Of a DNA stretch of 64,000 bases, positions 39,001 to 40,269 are shown piece by piece. The notes beneath the pieces are model-generated. The model was not told the origin of the DNA. It saw nothing but the letters and a program-made list of their open reading frames with translations, and made no database searches. The stretch's first letter is position 1. Every line of letters starts with the position of its first letter. The stretch is from Caecitellus pseudoparvulus (taxonomy: Eukaryota > Protista > Bigyra: Bicosoecida): NCBI GenBank assembly GCA_965644315.1, contig CBFFRQ010000002.1, forward strand, positions 37,774 to 101,773. The letters run 5' to 3'. A program made the translations under genes and the position numbers.

Positions 39001-40269
39001 GCAGTGCTGCAGGTGCCCGCCACCTCTGGCAAGCTTCAGGCGGTGGCTGCGGGCGCCTCTGATGCGGCTGGCGTCCCCATCGCCTCCAAGGGTTCCGTGT
39101 CCCTACGAGCTGGGTCAGGCACCGCCTTTGGACCAGGCGTGCGCATCACCAGCCTGACCTGGTCCTGCACTGGGTACTCCACTTCCCTGTCCGACGCGGA
39201 GCGCGCACAGGCCACTGCGGGCGCGCCGCTGGGTGGCTGCAGTGACGTCCGCGTCGCAGCAGGCACTGCCCACACACTGGGCCGGGGCGAGACGTGGACC
39301 CCTGAGGACATGCAGCGCCGCACGGCAGCTGAGGTATCTGGCTTCGTGAACCCAGGCAACTACACCTTCACGGCCTTGATGACCATTGTGCTGCCTGCAG
39401 CGGACGCTGCTGCTCGCGGCGGCACGCCTGTCATCGTGCGAGGCCAGTCCAGCGCCTTCATCACCCGGCAACTGCGCGCCGTCACCAGCGTGCGCATCAA
39501 CCGCAGCCCGGTGCCCATGGTCACGCAGGTCGGCACGGCAGCCACCCTGGCGGTGCCCGATGTCATCGCCAGCCTGCACGTGCCGTTCACACTGTCAGCC
39601 GCGACGTCCCTGGACCGTGACGCGGATGGCTCTGTGGGCAGGTACGCGTGGACCATCGAAGCGACCGGCGACGCCCAAGGCCAGCCGGTGAATGAGCGAT
39701 ACCAGTCGCTGCACATGGTGTCCCTGGACGCGGCGTCCCCCACCATCACGCTGCTGACCAACGTCCACGGGACATGGACCGTGACCGTGTGGGTGGAAGA
39801 CAACGACGGCGCCGGCACGAGCATGGAGCTGTTCGTGTCCACTGACGGAGCCGACGACCAGGCCGCGCCCCCAGCCCAGGCATCCACTCCAGGCTCCGGC
39901 ACCGAGGGTGGCATCAGCGCTGGGGCTCTGGCCGGCAGTGTCATTGCTGCCTTTGTCGTGGCACTGCTGCTGGCGCTGGCAGCGTGGTACTTCTTCGCGC
40001 GCAAGAAGGAAGAGGAGCCAGAGGCCCAGCCCCTGGCCCAGAGCGACGCGGCTGAAGCAGCTGATGAGTCCACTACCGAGGACTCTGACGCGCCAGCAAC
40101 GCAACCCCAATCTTTGGCTGACGAGCCAGGCGCAAGCGAGGCTGGTGATGCGACTGCACCCGATGCAGCTGACGCGCCTACCGCCGCAACTGCGCCTGCG
40201 TCGACCGAAGACTGCGTCCTTGAGATGGATGCTGAAGGAGCAAGCGAACGAGCTGCCCCTTCTGAATAA
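1..40269 (+). CDS. Giant (>13,400 aa, 5'-truncated) multidomain type-I membrane protein: vitellogenin/LLT-like N-region, long helical rod, ~30 FN3-like repeats, FG-GAP-like propeller, ZU5/GPS-like site, PKD-like repeats, TM
   Basis: Frame 1 is open from base 1 (VTSASAEECAPVVLSKSTHTARYLSGF...), so the TTG at 70 is not the real start. There is no stop until TAA at 40267-40269. Codon usage is coding-like and the repeated domains and C-terminal TM helix are recognisable. Confidence 0.95.
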   Translation, partial: VTSASAEECAPVVLSKSTHTARYLSGFDPKRHPETSKFVDHVFAPRSAAPARVGGSFHLRAQPAADEEDITMAPAVEKPHLKSQAAFAGQNAASTDPVFKSHHITFHALLTHVVSGDGVVEQVDAEDACTVALPDGRHADDLLCSPQFLARGSTRELPVELQSAAVALAGTVLQVHPRSLSRRLLHAPAHEAHGSTLLEGSFLDLPVDSDEGMRESTQTVLERVGSAGLLAAMLRCFELSPRGGGEDVNTAKEAFGVDPAACPHVLADAMQHDQHVRGEVFALITSREELGLLSNEVVSRLLSSVALFGDDEAQAALLHLMTSQHVDERGDDFLNHITGAFMMMPSPSEGTVDSMLRELRGETLDWFHRARVLLALASMGNTFDADHPARARILSALDEEWTVASALHEAADRVWAHYLAEAQRHLEDMSDMDQHRWLLAVRAWDTPQASQEAWDHADERERAEWKEDLLHAFAGEIKAAEDDKRAAEAARQHAAEVCRQPESLARHLRTIEAAFAPDGGRSALPRELRDGEADELSPAAHRLLAQRLCEGVEAEAAHASGSVPSFAWNSTSAYDDITAGIPEEEVGDFVHISSRGPTHGRRGLSQHEQLLEALPSLGNAMSGLATLIHAYANMREEGRLTRLTPFLQHKSRHLRQHAISALEHWPSALEGLQDVLAEALDSPTEDNVMRATALSSLANLPRGTLRPRALRAVTHIVDVGHARQWRRCSAACTEKCVRRDQGRCQKRCDKQCSFDFSMMQAAAQVLASHIPVPGSDAGIPEDSFGRQYYQPFQTSEAQRAAAAEDIAKAVGFPSSGRALGAAAPRRRELKEWWETIAEILNPSWTKIYFRLGSKEGWEKWLGNTEFGLYAGIRLENSLELSLGLFGGFFEVDVFNTARLSAFILGFEIKLIDAKAAVNFGFEFVGLIPRDLLEKFNNAFDSFVTAVKSIIERIIGIAQKVEDTLRLAVTYFDRVDNEVAMWTDRVNNFILILKDAREFTRQVDRFMDQAEEFLKVADVIQQISDQFDKVEELIDSITADDIIDFVEEHFEKVNEWYEVVRNYSSKALGVLNTVDGLIGKGAGIVDKVADGAVQVNETVHIITSAIRSSKDTLLMVADAADNSLGDLTGNVVGVLDKALGSDIAELTKPFANISSFMDASTNVIKRFVEQLDVSTLEDLAADPLSALASAAGAAFDTLLGKALQELLAGAKGFMKSAIGVGLPDGLPFGSAPVKALEGLLDGAFSPAGLADLVSDLLSSVGDIVGEGAGKIADLVNEFLQEGLQVINMEGARSAVVNAAKRVVQALSADPFDGSGASSGGGVLSTLSSIASASGGPVADGSGLDLDSIASALEAVRGDIGGSLSDAASQAWTEAVLPAVQPLLANITGVAGSSVTEALQGLLGDCDITALTCDTAGPAAKAFSSAVLEQISGHPALPALEPSALVNSLIERIKASLGQEATGLLSLALPAGSEAAGLLASAKDMWEQQSSVALRHLKAVPNALPKLESTLAELIDEASDKIGSLTSELDGYTDALRSEVTDLLAQQSSTLPAYAEAQAVAVALTNVSQALVLAVESSSFSGPDGELGGTVDLLVQVSQDCLAVPGAGVLRKPCSTALTAARVLRPSVQAMHAIVTAASGSNNVLTSQDNLKAVLNAAMDAWGDAVEDWLTQWQARASFSTSFIPAAIELAAEVQAAVVESPEAQAAACLADTFSAEQRQGLAKSAGLCASVIRGVPDLTLSDALTAIPEAILACAGTVQALEASSCGLVSLDAFTEEAAALSLPVGASEVESGVLTAVAWLARLRAGANLVTGSVDAVKSAAQLRLLSPEALLAIVSSEDGGSLMATLDELQVAAAPIAQAANSLKAQGAALASWKLVRSVSAGSGFTAPPSVPLEELLSFDLDVAGLLKSMKAVREGARAIGSFAMATKAAGDWLRGMASDPSAAQASKLNATVWTLVDAASAAAGALAVIDGGSAASGLHEARMALLSLQVEAMSLADELEGQVAGSVQVLRRLNETVLGVALDVEMISDLAALSAAVEEAAEDAALRGAPVPQVVSRTTQLLADLGVGGALPALARLSKYVTAFSDVMQLLPPVVEAWLEVDASLPVAVSAVASLEFSANPMEWQVNGAVSAGADAARSVHGVVVAVEAVLVALPDVPLPQAALARVGAVASEAVPGAATLAKLQRAADVLVATAEVVQHVPAIVDAVRSVVSAVSGDPAALLDAGAHVLANELEVMANATDALVESVLQHSALVSLPGFTVSRGQSLSKAVRSVVILAEVWAATTEVVQAVPPVVSAVAGASSPADPVPAIQALGEELQAWVVLVDRHASNAGLDTSGIQAAAVSAAQKAEAAAARAVQKFLAPIHKLLPSARAVASLISAVETGEGAFTAAVSITSLSLDEAGDALLDGTVVMAAAQAADAMATTVEVLHGSGLPKIAARLPDPSKLTAISQKLRHAQALGSWLVQSGRAAVSAVEALASSSAARKDVAGVLERTFKAASVACGTNCSLAISALPVNVSVKVEGVRSLLVVGAEVAGIAASGVQAVTGLVEAIGDGEIREAISVVRKDVLPLVDRVASLGDLPLVNLRPLLGLAPVDTLTRVATAAGNARDSVVNAIADATGLKPEHIWPLPLDSLLSAADTAERVVDELKGALNSMGPAMVEDAAASLNAFAQDGPDGYSLLQRLTDAVQDSLGASLDALESGVLRRAPDGSGAQLAQLESMLEALNATSLTTSEGASGEFGSSAGSIIAALLQGGYNSSTFVPSVSGIASAALAAGQDLAMKEVHSAKHKLEPWLDELVGVLPAGVSSSGTGSLLQTGAGVLTGRLPAQAIMDEAISFASQQALAVWQANKNSIIEVVGAALQHARPVQAALEAISAELKAARPAVILKDAVKLVASISNALADRYEFAEEGTQPLSYAPAAAAIEELNAALAEVQLQLQLAIPCLESCDDGIDVQAALEASFTSVNNLAAQVMRTARALAAAKKALHPQLHPELYADLTPGGEAALFDARALFARRSDAGDLAEIAINATLVLDLPLDATLRTITSVTAALQLPVSIAGIFKDASVAASQGQPPLDVFMDAVRSLDVAALTPHAWVLQAILPVEPETAIAEVVAAVGAARSAVSKVQGVASASARTVKTLASALRSAEVSASGLSRALSAGESPLALQPQTQALLRSTCDIVQTAAQLPEKDPVAQAVAPAAKVILNVLPAPTTSETSCAEMEGSVSKAMAVLNLVQTLDGLPLNEVQDIGSFVSLLGTAAVPLAHGKPTGPFKDILQLALQGTLNDMRAALSSELSTSDEETLLAAVDGLSSLVEAIQARPFSLQALVQAATKAVNVTAPLAELKAPEGLADQVCTTTAIPSNVTATLQVGVPGYEAVIVADVDVRSECREVVALLDAAGSATVNAAVGLAKSSGIISRLAQLQQAVEAAAWLKPMLSLLADGAKDALLPVLKQAVSQVIGSAAGGISDSSPEAATAMDTLRTLVGMFKDVFVDGLSVEGVVDQITSSAEKAAQGCVDGSITDDVASLCFATATRFELSTECVATIVDTCAAVQRVKDSDGAAAVVGGVKLLHSLAHLQAIAPGALEAAEEWKDVQALASVVQDSWPQLDLLGSVPGLSNVLAKSGDIFLAVETVLSFAEVLRKLPDVASHAAASQSAVTALSPGDDAASVVLSALSNLAKDPVMESSAQIAQVGKILERSKAAVSDLIATTPGLSATERDALRSVVSGAVSVQDTLTLHPSLQRHVLWASVKATADSAAVKAVSVLGKAFRLLTLASDGVRLVQGVAQRVAEAEFGSVTAIADLAEGLSVDLAAGAEFMQAADAEEFSSTFSWASAWLATAATTARSADSLTSELLALDVTDADSVFRLACSAVSLTSAASPIGIPSITLDATGFVKAPLSALTAAGIVQVSVGTVPSPEEAPAGSIALQSSAAGAQPWRKLSIGDAFAVSVNKAGNATLPLVGDDGLCIWQRTFAEILSEVAAAAPESSPLEAAASALSNTMATQAPIHTIHCTDCGSADEAWHVTTISVNWPDLTLWKALGAASAWISTTETLQPPPASVVAPLAAGLEQSVAASKVQVLAANLKEGMAKAQAFLRGTVGKVLDIAARLMLARDMLERVISPEACEAGCSLLWQVVFGADAALDVAMFAGLPKEPAFVLRALLRAFADLAGPASEGLPLADRARAAVATLRDGLEASGLLDSAFSTFEDVLSDIQIEATSQFDIAGMTQAGRAASEVMTLAFEIGESASTCVVCVSTSKFTQFLDTTSKLSAALDTIPPESRPVEWRDAVGRMRVVGMAATAYKTAVTVQVGLAGAKAAVDGVIAAVEDVEYLWEDVRQGRATIQQVITVARGVGESIWSALLAPAAEWVDMVAGPEWLDSLPALLDEVALAASPLAVLDASSAQEGVQLLVSVSNLCTQLAKAARGGGLAAVLSGSQGKHTSSILSHLLVQVSLLQKQGPDALADQLVSAGVDENAVGSLVDFVEAIPLPPAVASAAADLLAVVASLESASAVATLVSDMKAAVESASFDISTLTTALDTVQYIQTWSMTDEFAAGHMLRLALGNSSLPVFISSLPANESEALVHAASDVAAVAARSGAMGLASEAQARAPQLAASVFSVFSKHQRILSQLASVMDVAENIVDVAGELVSTASSAGDRLSVVGAAGFGPELFSIIVDLLRPLRTTVGTITASVINPFIGSAAGLDLSVEPAAASNGTSSLLAEIVSAGRKLADATKARLVADLKAGATERLGEIAATFSPEAVFNVSRSELTDAGVDVLVEVILSGAVNETALAVAGLTLPEGLVRVSRAAQGISTAQAAVGSVIAAVQGAMQAARAELDGGIVPVALTPPSELLQTVLEDEVVLREAQAAAIGFVSAFNDLKEASEGLPVDFLSNLMPTASPAQVAAANKAWSSLMSAARYLPGDRTVVAVANAAGALHQLLGAIEDVADAAGDVMDALPTGEGDLADPAAVAISLASALGAFVRVTGSRVQEVAGTALSMSGTSDLEIELQMCVPGLEASSFVSSSTDCDNLAGLWQEEVMPALAALGTAPKDAHVATLSKLEGMLNVTKRYVAASKAALGSTKPPSPTAGDLILMKRADVAGKVSGVMRVIIILQRMNQGLPIVRMVGTAAEILSEPFNLGDFQDLLSKLNRLLASASLGSEDALGALSASQMGWVLRPVAALKAKADAAVAELLAESEELSAYFPDGIQRGSLAESLPVSLPEGLALLVEMRDAAAALDSILKSIASAAPTSVPLNSAWNVSELASNLAANDVASVFGEFQDTIPSFVLEQPVLGVWWFAVSLSKTISNVEALEAIRDSYEPVGAVLLAVEDVAAPLTNLGIPSLDGITSAVKAISLGVDVAVAVRDTGLAVFRLASDVASFGADAPMARLFGEAVDSIKVTIEKIQVAAKAMSLSAPADVLTAVDVPAEVQGVVTDLQAVLSGTTFSASNRQKVQQVATAASTLITTLRTVAGRPLHDLTVANLDQVAKDATALRKAITSLGDLQVQLPGALPAALSQVRSVSRVLAKAASAQSTALSLMNTRAVSELISQGGALFSMFTTLTDNSLTVSARIKAVVEQLGDIVFSVSSVHQAALLPMLRPLLKDADSLAATFNQVTDVAAVLVDTNLPSSALAAGGSEATAAWDDAAKAATALEEDLSQWLDFDTGLPSIQLAQDSLADTGLSVVLHAGRLRAALLKLPEPALTALQAHGQSIKKLARESLMGILPGVPDSLGVQVVSVLSDVFRVVNVMDELLTMASEGASPVELVVHALPTMEWALEQAGFNIEELKDKINQAVTDMINGIIPYIPKPDPLVAVMDTVLKVEPKMIAVADTIEGVLAPAETFMTGLVVKIDAIDAKVTTAVQEVNATMSKYVGMARQVIDFMKNSDELVLLIQEEVQTRLANVIDKVQELVEGYIEDLRVFLRDIVDTGVEELNRLVEAGLVVLRAAGSRAIRYVSNFTIGAENMEKANEVINAYASLNDELFNDADHVIDTVFDLGKLVVSISNAIPDETGDRMRTAGRAVVWVAERAYEINDFAFRAKKSAEKIRDAGGVVAFLEGIMDQLIQKAGDIAKGWSEMLRKEGYKWMDYIPDRLLKIVAAARKMLDQFIDDLMAKALEFVREQLKKVEFVGEEAERLLGYVDYVYAFLDNRKVVSQLMSDVSGELNNALAVPQAIRGAVDVGKGLFRQVRAARDMFANFNPATVKIAKLDIGLEDLVSLFDKQTCTSVAVCLKDVLQQRVSEILLEVLPIGDGLRAVAAFPSQVKQAGDALVASSKAAVDAMSRTLDSLTATIKTVLPGRRRALAGPRRLGTMRDILEALPLDEAEDFSNTLVTYTEFARSTIRTIREKANPIIQGARSVLTTIRDMNPSKEAARRIFEMTRDLFDPIGFVKEQFAYVRREVFERIYAAKKWARDQGQAVAAIARDDFVAAAEFALSVLGEVRWIIEQVRPYRDLAEHVADEIRYYINLVGQYIGRGTTRPDQLRPYCDPEEQPCLHVESRRGPIYEGILIGSMTHFWYENFPPAFGSCQAFGFPCRHDKWRFTVPGLFNDWQPRGVEAIDYRNTIITYVGTGDNEGKASLFVVIDDRNRVKRIFQLEEADGTPYDGGVGDVAIATYSLNKDKIIWTCSDKADWEAADKEKRIVPAEARDGHIIAFDYNNFMRQLNSGPTVQTLRAKPGYKFYVDVKASSLFMDERATSEDSRILWVGETYEPGDPATRPKTKTKGKRTRGRGNSRSGKRPRKSRKTKSKKTALTRTSDEDDTNRFTYTLDVSPHHKVSGQYSSSFCRKGAHGQYSFGANGPTSASPDEVNNAFKKCQKGWVAGYSIDSSNGKPRAEVSGYRYKPDGAPSSMPPGEEVLIPNFVVQAGARMRGWFTFKRLGFLTGAVSRCSYARGYPNCRIEWHTLEASGYGANLLGTLDGHELSAAINAWQDKGKWVLVEGKAPAATSAANKGSGSPKKGSGGRKPKSSSSSKAATKSTGQNDQSTGTQAYVMRAPAGIESMTLYQDDRVTFWMVLSSAGTNSVNEQLARISGWVDDSLYKLTLPAVRTVKPQVVDNVLYFKVRKHKPPVMQYVVRQRCLIPGLTKKLCDEHKKVPKYSLNRRLSQRGLAHARDADVVLHLNAEGQLKDGIDLHTLQGVGTAAATSAHRMLMPSSTYADARHASSAHGVVLQAADGTFIRVLPAHLNDPALEERLWEVSRDLPHIHHVAHKSALQRLARPAADKVPFGGVLHGGQSWAPSADGHFGHHDSALQVRGGRALQQAKADDEEEYKNCLQGSFKLGTFDIPFYQLKFRVDGVPDIGLRIELFAGIRVDIFFDVAFCLKEQLIVATLSPELYPAVEAKGEVNAGILRAGGRLLGVPAKTRLVPTLLLGLTPGGAFRIGLRMDVGIQGPSIEASAFFDIRICIKIRIDCGKWICWPVINIIWCGEVGFTFFRYTSRWHDKHLFTISNRSPDTSPPETAGAFVDALQTDAQTVRVTWGGFYDPEAYVRFYSVALGTRPGSADIGSWYRDRELSEHEFPDVLCPPEGTRTYATVVAENSEGLTSTVYERFVCDSTGPEVLDLQIFDNYKQRWVLSSDFQILNNTRNLDARFKIREPSAHANISLVKFSVGSEPGDEDVMDLVDLGQADKLRAKFGGYYYAEAERIELNHGNYYYFNVETFNTLGLRAVFSSHAIFIDHTGSYATHIHEAGGKNGFAYRNDDVVYFGSNQNMAVKFDAFEDDNGIETDVYWVNLVDVRTNRRLLPPRHPTRPTFPSHMFIGAAREFGILMPLDQLLVEGREYQWSIISRNSAGTHRESRSDGFICDPTRASVFNIREMKVDPDVDYKEIEANPTRTDDKTAQPILLPSSYRDDELDFVSELPLLHLQWQAWDTLSGLRRVLVGVGPTPGSDLYMNWQELPHANQQEAVFYDIPLLPHMPAFTTLRIMNEARDDRWEISDGLAVDITPPYIDRPYRFFDCDTDTSICYIWGDIIAQADNTSMISTWMNGFFDPHSFVGFYDVFLGTKPFSDADQPGCADYVGFKRNDIPQDVLDKDKVRNITVRLPGTAAECATAEGAPSFYDLIGPIRLSRFTFRYKWQNLSFPLEHNTEYFTTIRATNLAGLESFASTSGVKIDITPPLPTTVVDGNRQAPNFPNLNPAVADNFGDMQYQRGDEIVFASWIPVVDLETKVVRTRVWAEDANGTRVSDVGLLAPSGIPEEGLAYATLGTLSGTKLQHGHTYYMVVEGENQAKLRSSSVSDGVFVDTTPVDIPWVVLATNDSVASAITSNEVTLGLQWRALEPDSELFTCRYTLGTFPRGDDIVDETLVFPWQSLAPASVESRVSGPQYRTPPATRDGGLGDQAGQTVGDAMNSYDWNRPVEQAVSHWITMPASDIVDSATVYGRVRCDNRAGAITFKSAENTVVVDKTDPIAGLVWDGIPGSLDMQFQSIRKIIFATWLHWADYGTGIQDFVGCVKSTRDGPCDMSAEISFGTATSGVFSFQDNPLPGHEDYFVQITAVDGVGHTATVVSDGIYIDHTGPSDGFGTYTAHGLVGEYPEGFEARFTGRQGRMTFNWGGFADNQTGILRYDVGVGTAPNETDVMQFQRGALATQGAAQGVALTHGQAYYGIIRAVNTIGLHHVVATDPIVYDETAPLCEVWDGPIRGVDADVTPQFVPTIQWKVSDPESGVTAIRWGVGRVKGSDDRIPWQTVPAADLQALSDAFFLYTQDAWPTGETFYLTVRVTSGTLATTTCSTDGILVDLTAPTVRLNPRDGPSVIDVDFTANTTHVHTRFAFEDPETLVGDLEVRVVKPQTAGLSFERTDVPLTAWIAIDAEIDPAGGVSVILPVDQPMVHGGGYLVQARGKNAVGLGVLAESDGFRIDSTPPTAHWASDGASPNADIDLQATRGSLPACWSFSEDVTDIVRYEVSVEQSLEGEVLTVQPWTSVGLVTCAAASGFDLRQAATYVTHVKAVNKVGLSTVISTDGVTVDISGPVPGITTDGADVEEDVDLKLADGVLRLTWSRWADPESGIVAFTCAFGTAPDLQDIAPARAVPLQPGSAAVYSCVQRGVTMVPGQPYYGIVSATNALGLTTIVATSGVRTDSNPPISDLTLRPRMLPTISLPLDMAQQSTWPANVTGASVSVPVAIFVDPHSGVASFDVTLQWVRGPALPAGVPLFIDNIAGATATAGTARVTFENVRVFNGAELQVVTTATNAVGLSSSPVTSDPVAVDTQVLVAGSVRDGPESYGVDIDASRRTTVAQAHWFGFSDPRYLPRDIDYSWCMSTVQPATGFDEPLCDVLPMTHLGKRVSEAALQSDFTPPEGVLVFTTIVGVNPLGQVARTTSDGLVYDSSAPEIEWLRIGGPTMPLGSDHQHFLSVGSAVTVAWSVVEDESVGTLCFAHLGTTPGAENVAAPVSVATAAGSGSALLAGLEVGEGETVVATLVCNNTAGLEASLTSSWSIVETSPPSAGLVYVGVPSNASATYLEFDDVLAVASNSTLTSFWNGFYDDESHLSHYSWCIGSELGVFDIMPCTEVGLDWHATAEELAMQDGSYVWVTVNATNGAGMWTAAMSAPVFVDGSAPTVRPKAGNATLTTIVDGVEVQVQVPREVDTAQLVEDAELLGRDVDVSTDNRQLHVAWDANRFEDVHSGLAGFQVAWGIMLGAVDDTVAPIDLPITAESWSVFDLNLVSGTYCAAVRAKNTLGSWGPWFRSDCIVIDVTPPAVEVAGDAIAVSAAEWIDPASGVQVSWNGSASDAHSGIVDLHVAICEAFPPADTIVVHLTRREAEDLALPAGAASPAPEVGPGVVRVTIPAAAEAQSAGHAAVMALLANAPPTGQEQPLLFSGEVHGDPFSGHLVARQCVQPWGAVDVTNTTFANTGVKLRDGVAYRAFVRYTNGAGLTSTIASNVFHADTTAPEPGFVMDGYGGLGDEASPIMSAASFSEAQQQDRDIQDSWQHVSAQWSPWRDDESPIVDYTWCVGTEPGLDDLLPCTSVGLASFGAATLPPVAVSEMQALDAASWPVGGAQRAYYVTVTGTNARGLASSAYSDGVRVDAYAPVGGAVFDLGAVAELPAAFAPARSTDLNLTTRGEVVAASWAGFDDKGGDIEGYSWCVGSTPFTCNKRAAEWVGSATAAMAVGVPVVSGDEYFVTVEAKDEAGNKHSVCSDGITIDATPPVVSSVSAGFATKALPGISIGGALSPAPLVHSDTDILSVSWSATDFGGTGVENFEVAVCAPGLQAVGAVDACAVAWMSVGSRDSVVLKEVELLHGTVYQVMIRATDGAGHMSQVSVSEGFAVDRTPPTAGSVFLVPPSSRFACTVGGGGETLRQASQVVDHASAAVAAAASLPLNSTHLGANVVGTQCSRLPGSTPTDTVPSTAQLLMAGLAPATTAAAWWPIVVAWDGWFDAESDLQGYSVCIGTTPGASNLVPCTAYGPDTHLAEFLAADVNTSALLNGSASAGSYFVTVQAINVLGAASTVISPAVTVRPRAPLADSAAALDGSDVEDAAFYPGRLAASWEGFVPADVEVLLTGEPAHDQPILSDPGLWYSVAWGTAPGLHDVVPMTNASTETSLVVNGLDLSPWEGRRLFATVRAYSREGTFSAVSSDGAIVVTMPPTPPAVLVVVEPPAMNSSEGGNTSVSALGGTSPVSADHTPFSRRGDVLAASWTDFQSPAGLAIASYRVAVCTAILALECADEANKNTTWYTTGNSTFAQLAPLSLAEGVAYVIAVEATDEAGLRTVAFTPHVTVDTTPPSVQSASVALAQPFNGFAGAPDSMPTDVLAVVARAAAESTDTAGLPLFSGLEGLHLTVDGLHDAESRIVSIAWCAGSEPGLCDFVEQVQVSDEQRVALLQGQAYEIPQGVAPPAQLLPRVAAAAAAREQLLDAIADSFIAEATLNATLEEGNSTLALNGTLNGSVLALNETAVNGTVLNGTAVGTNSSDGFIPEDLASLAALGTPPPTRGGVVVTIFATSGAGDTSLLASQSYSLDLTNPTPGKVSTGFVSLADQDGDAGLVLSDPSAVLPGNASGIDEEAAPSFLTSLSHIGHHWSDWSDVDSDIVVYVWGVASAARADTLMNEVRAASQAAAAQNLTTPLDVEWPILDVLPLRLVEEGSSAQDFTLSLPAGASFRGVVVGVSSVGRFSVAFSEEVITDVSPPVFNETIADGNRGGILDGDGVLDNSTSLPVVEVDYILAEGGVFEAHWAPWYDHESGIVSYEWTVFEESPFDPVVSIEHPGSDAATWLNRVQMIPWVDVGESTTAFTEGLGFKPTHRYRAALRVTNGAGLVSEVVSDGVRIDEGEPCIGQVEVESTEYEDEVFVSSPDTIDASWTALLDSQHMNNSLIDCTQLVDANGATEDAQVAEQLQAISAAPISHFEWQLRIQVALSNGTTPPLPEDAVTETPNVTVTQNGAIIPTGTLAEPASVPLNDSVSLASSNNSDPFATVLPWTQTGPQYASAWSACCSSFNERIVPASTFDWNWRSTRPVAHFGRSVVTAGPRLVAVGGLGGFAVLSAFGPWSTSRWVPVPSAGDAGTGALAAHADASWSSVGVHSTAGDAGLAWPMNVTFAMTAEESVAVHAVSISVTGRARSSQRCQVAFPLALPSGATASGPAPGLSSVVDFAADGSTLALLVETASGSSLATVNAATCAISADVPVTEATSATRTTSTSTELQTDVSNLLTRTSMATPGAVLARLAGSNALVSTGSKLYIASGPSLDLSERALPAAYTDAIGSAPAESLAASGDGLVVIGLPTGSDGNGTLLVGHVGATISALCAFTGPIDGAALGASVALGSDPEGAAGVSLVSAGAPGISRSYVLKVDLAAALAEPVPAEVHSIGSPAASGGHSPHCRVVATQQAKTPEPVLVANSTTVAVPTVVANETVLINTTLVTDTVLQAPPVASVGAAVAWSPAHGGMWLAGAPRGATWALPPAARNTEHALEITGSGRVFAATFCWPGRAKTYTRGSRLPFTCAACKEGSLSHGGADPVCTPCAGKQCIGEDEVDYTMSQTGLPLILGSDYQVNVRAVTATSKTAVTTSRTFRVDYTTADVGDIVDGFLLDLPEDDDCGPMCEIDIRYSHNTTSLSASWAGFFDLQSEVVEYQVSAGTGQATADIAPWTSTGLQRNITFTDLVMAHGTVAYVCVVAVNGAGLSTVPICTNGVSIDTTPPVITKVWDGFAMTDINQQTYLDVFHAQYKWFEDIVRGNMTTEFAVATFPVGQAFNASAGRGATKVGIEWQPDHPGIIPVPDILDFMSVGENSIAAAVRQTLLRNLTIGDSAYVWFRVTSEAGLSSGYASTNGVLMGKNEAEVEPEEGYAMGFDTVKQDDVDKQLGAEVPETPLGSVSMPPGALPAGAPQKFVAGAVTDTDDDPDLVDSEAVPPPANNFKFGDYSFAINAVGDDGKKIEGYRFQKPILISLLYKLGNSVQEQDAAAPTLFFYSTSLKEWINAVDTCTGADRFESFEPATNRYSVHVCHLTQFSVFSQSRPVASLVRTDAALGAEVNVQGSSAAAVATRFVDPALADGRNAFIAEKRNWSPNYNAWVMEDAVSPDAYTADLMYVDLDGRASRDPDGTIVSHSWTVDFVSAVRDFSEAGHAVQMVDLEGSPFFKKVGPFTEAGIYYITLRLVDNNGAWGSATSIVRINARPVARMAAPSTLDWPAETTAVVMGSASSDTEPGALQYQWRIMDVPESNGGIACAGSFDDATAADTVLRVNCGGRYEVALDVTDVEGATSIASSVLRYNDAPTAVIDAPPVNAPLSNVVLDASKSFDDDAVTGYLWRAELLLDIPRLATSIEQAQAAAGVPLTNIMDAGVVPVPLLFDPYWAQALAANDSIATARWGLLAGQHVRTNLAAPFDAERVTLEQLGFGVDVRVTLTVTDSDNSTGSTSMVLSANRPPIAVVQPASAKVLADTGLTLRLNGGKSKDTDGAVTRFQWRIVSKPAAEGRSLAELTAGLLSTPQAAATTMDVSGAAQLTAGTYNVELRVWDDRTANSTFVVPVQVLAVLQVPATSGKLQAVAAGASDAAGVPIASKGSVSLRAGSGTAFGPGVRITSLTWSCTGYSTSLSDAERAQATAGAPLGGCSDVRVAAGTAHTLGRGETWTPEDMQRRTAAEVSGFVNPGNYTFTALMTIVLPAADAAARGGTPVIVRGQSSAFITRQLRAVTSVRINRSPVPMVTQVGTAATLAVPDVIASLHVPFTLSAATSLDRDADGSVGRYAWTIEATGDAQGQPVNERYQSLHMVSLDAASPTITLLTNVHGTWTVTVWVEDNDGAGTSMELFVSTDGADDQAAPPAQASTPGSGTEGGISAGALAGSVIAAFVVALLLALAAWYFFARKKEEEPEAQPLAQSDAAEAADESTTEDSDAPATQPQSLADEPGASEAGDATAPDAADAPTAATAPASTEDCVLEMDAEGASERAAPSE
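660..2310 (+). other. Alpha-helical HEAT/armadillo-like region resembling the vitellogenin/MTP large-lipid-transfer helical subdomain (within giant CDS)
   Basis: Segments SVALFGDDEAQAALL, MPSPSEGTVDSML, ARVLLALASMGNT, LIHAYANM, LRQHAISALEHW and MRATALSSLANL resemble the helical-bundle motifs of lipovitellin-type domains. Judged by eye, no profile search. Confidence 0.5.
2780..19480 (+). other. ~5,500-aa predicted amphipathic helical rod: charged apolipoprotein-like ends (2780-3900, 17350-19480) around an Ala/Leu/Val/Ser-rich core (within giant CDS)
   Basis: Hydrophobic periodicity such as FDSFVTAVKSIIERIIGIAQKVEDTL and VIDKVQELVEGYIEDLRVFLRDIV; few aromatics; scattered close Cys pairs. Confidence 0.65.
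22420..36900 (+). repeat. Array of about 30 FN3/Ig-like protein repeats (D-x-T-P-P ... W-x-G-F-x-D-x-E-S-G-I ... G-T-x-P-G ... N-x-A-G-L ... S-D-G)
   Basis: I counted 31 boundary motifs, e.g. DTSPP 22423, VDITPP 23890, IDITPP 24403, IDSTPP 26644, IDATPP 30514, VDRTPP 30892, VDTTPP 32248, IDTTPP 36484. Confidence 0.85.
34420..36000 (+). other. FG-GAP/integrin-alpha-like beta-propeller plus Cys-rich CxxC module inside the FN3 array
   Basis: AHFGRSVV...LVAVGG; VVIGLPT; AALGASVAL...LVSAGAPG; SVGAAVAW...WLAGAPRG...SGRVF; followed by CAACKEGSLSHGGADPVCTPC. Confidence 0.6.
36960..37440 (+). other. ZU5/GPS-like autoproteolytic domain ending in CHL|TQFSVF
   Basis: GSVSMPPGALP and FQKPILISLLY are ZU5-like. 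W..A...C...VHVCHLTQFSVF matches the GPS-type H-L|T-x-F cleavage motif; H codon 37417-37419, T codon 37423-37425. Confidence 0.7.
37450..39840 (+). repeat. About six PKD/KIAA0319-like Ig domains
   Basis: LDGRASRDPDGTIVSHSW, MGSASSDTEPGALQYQW, LDASKSFDDDAVTGYLW, LNGGKSKDTDGAVTRFQW, ITSLTW, LSAATSLDRDADGSVGRYAW, with N-x-x-P-x-A linkers and V-x-D-x-x-G strands. Confidence 0.8.
39913..39999 (+). other. Single transmembrane helix followed by RKK stop-transfer and an acidic low-complexity tail
   Basis: ISAGALAGSVIAAFVVALLLALAAWYFFA-RKKEEE. Confidence 0.9.
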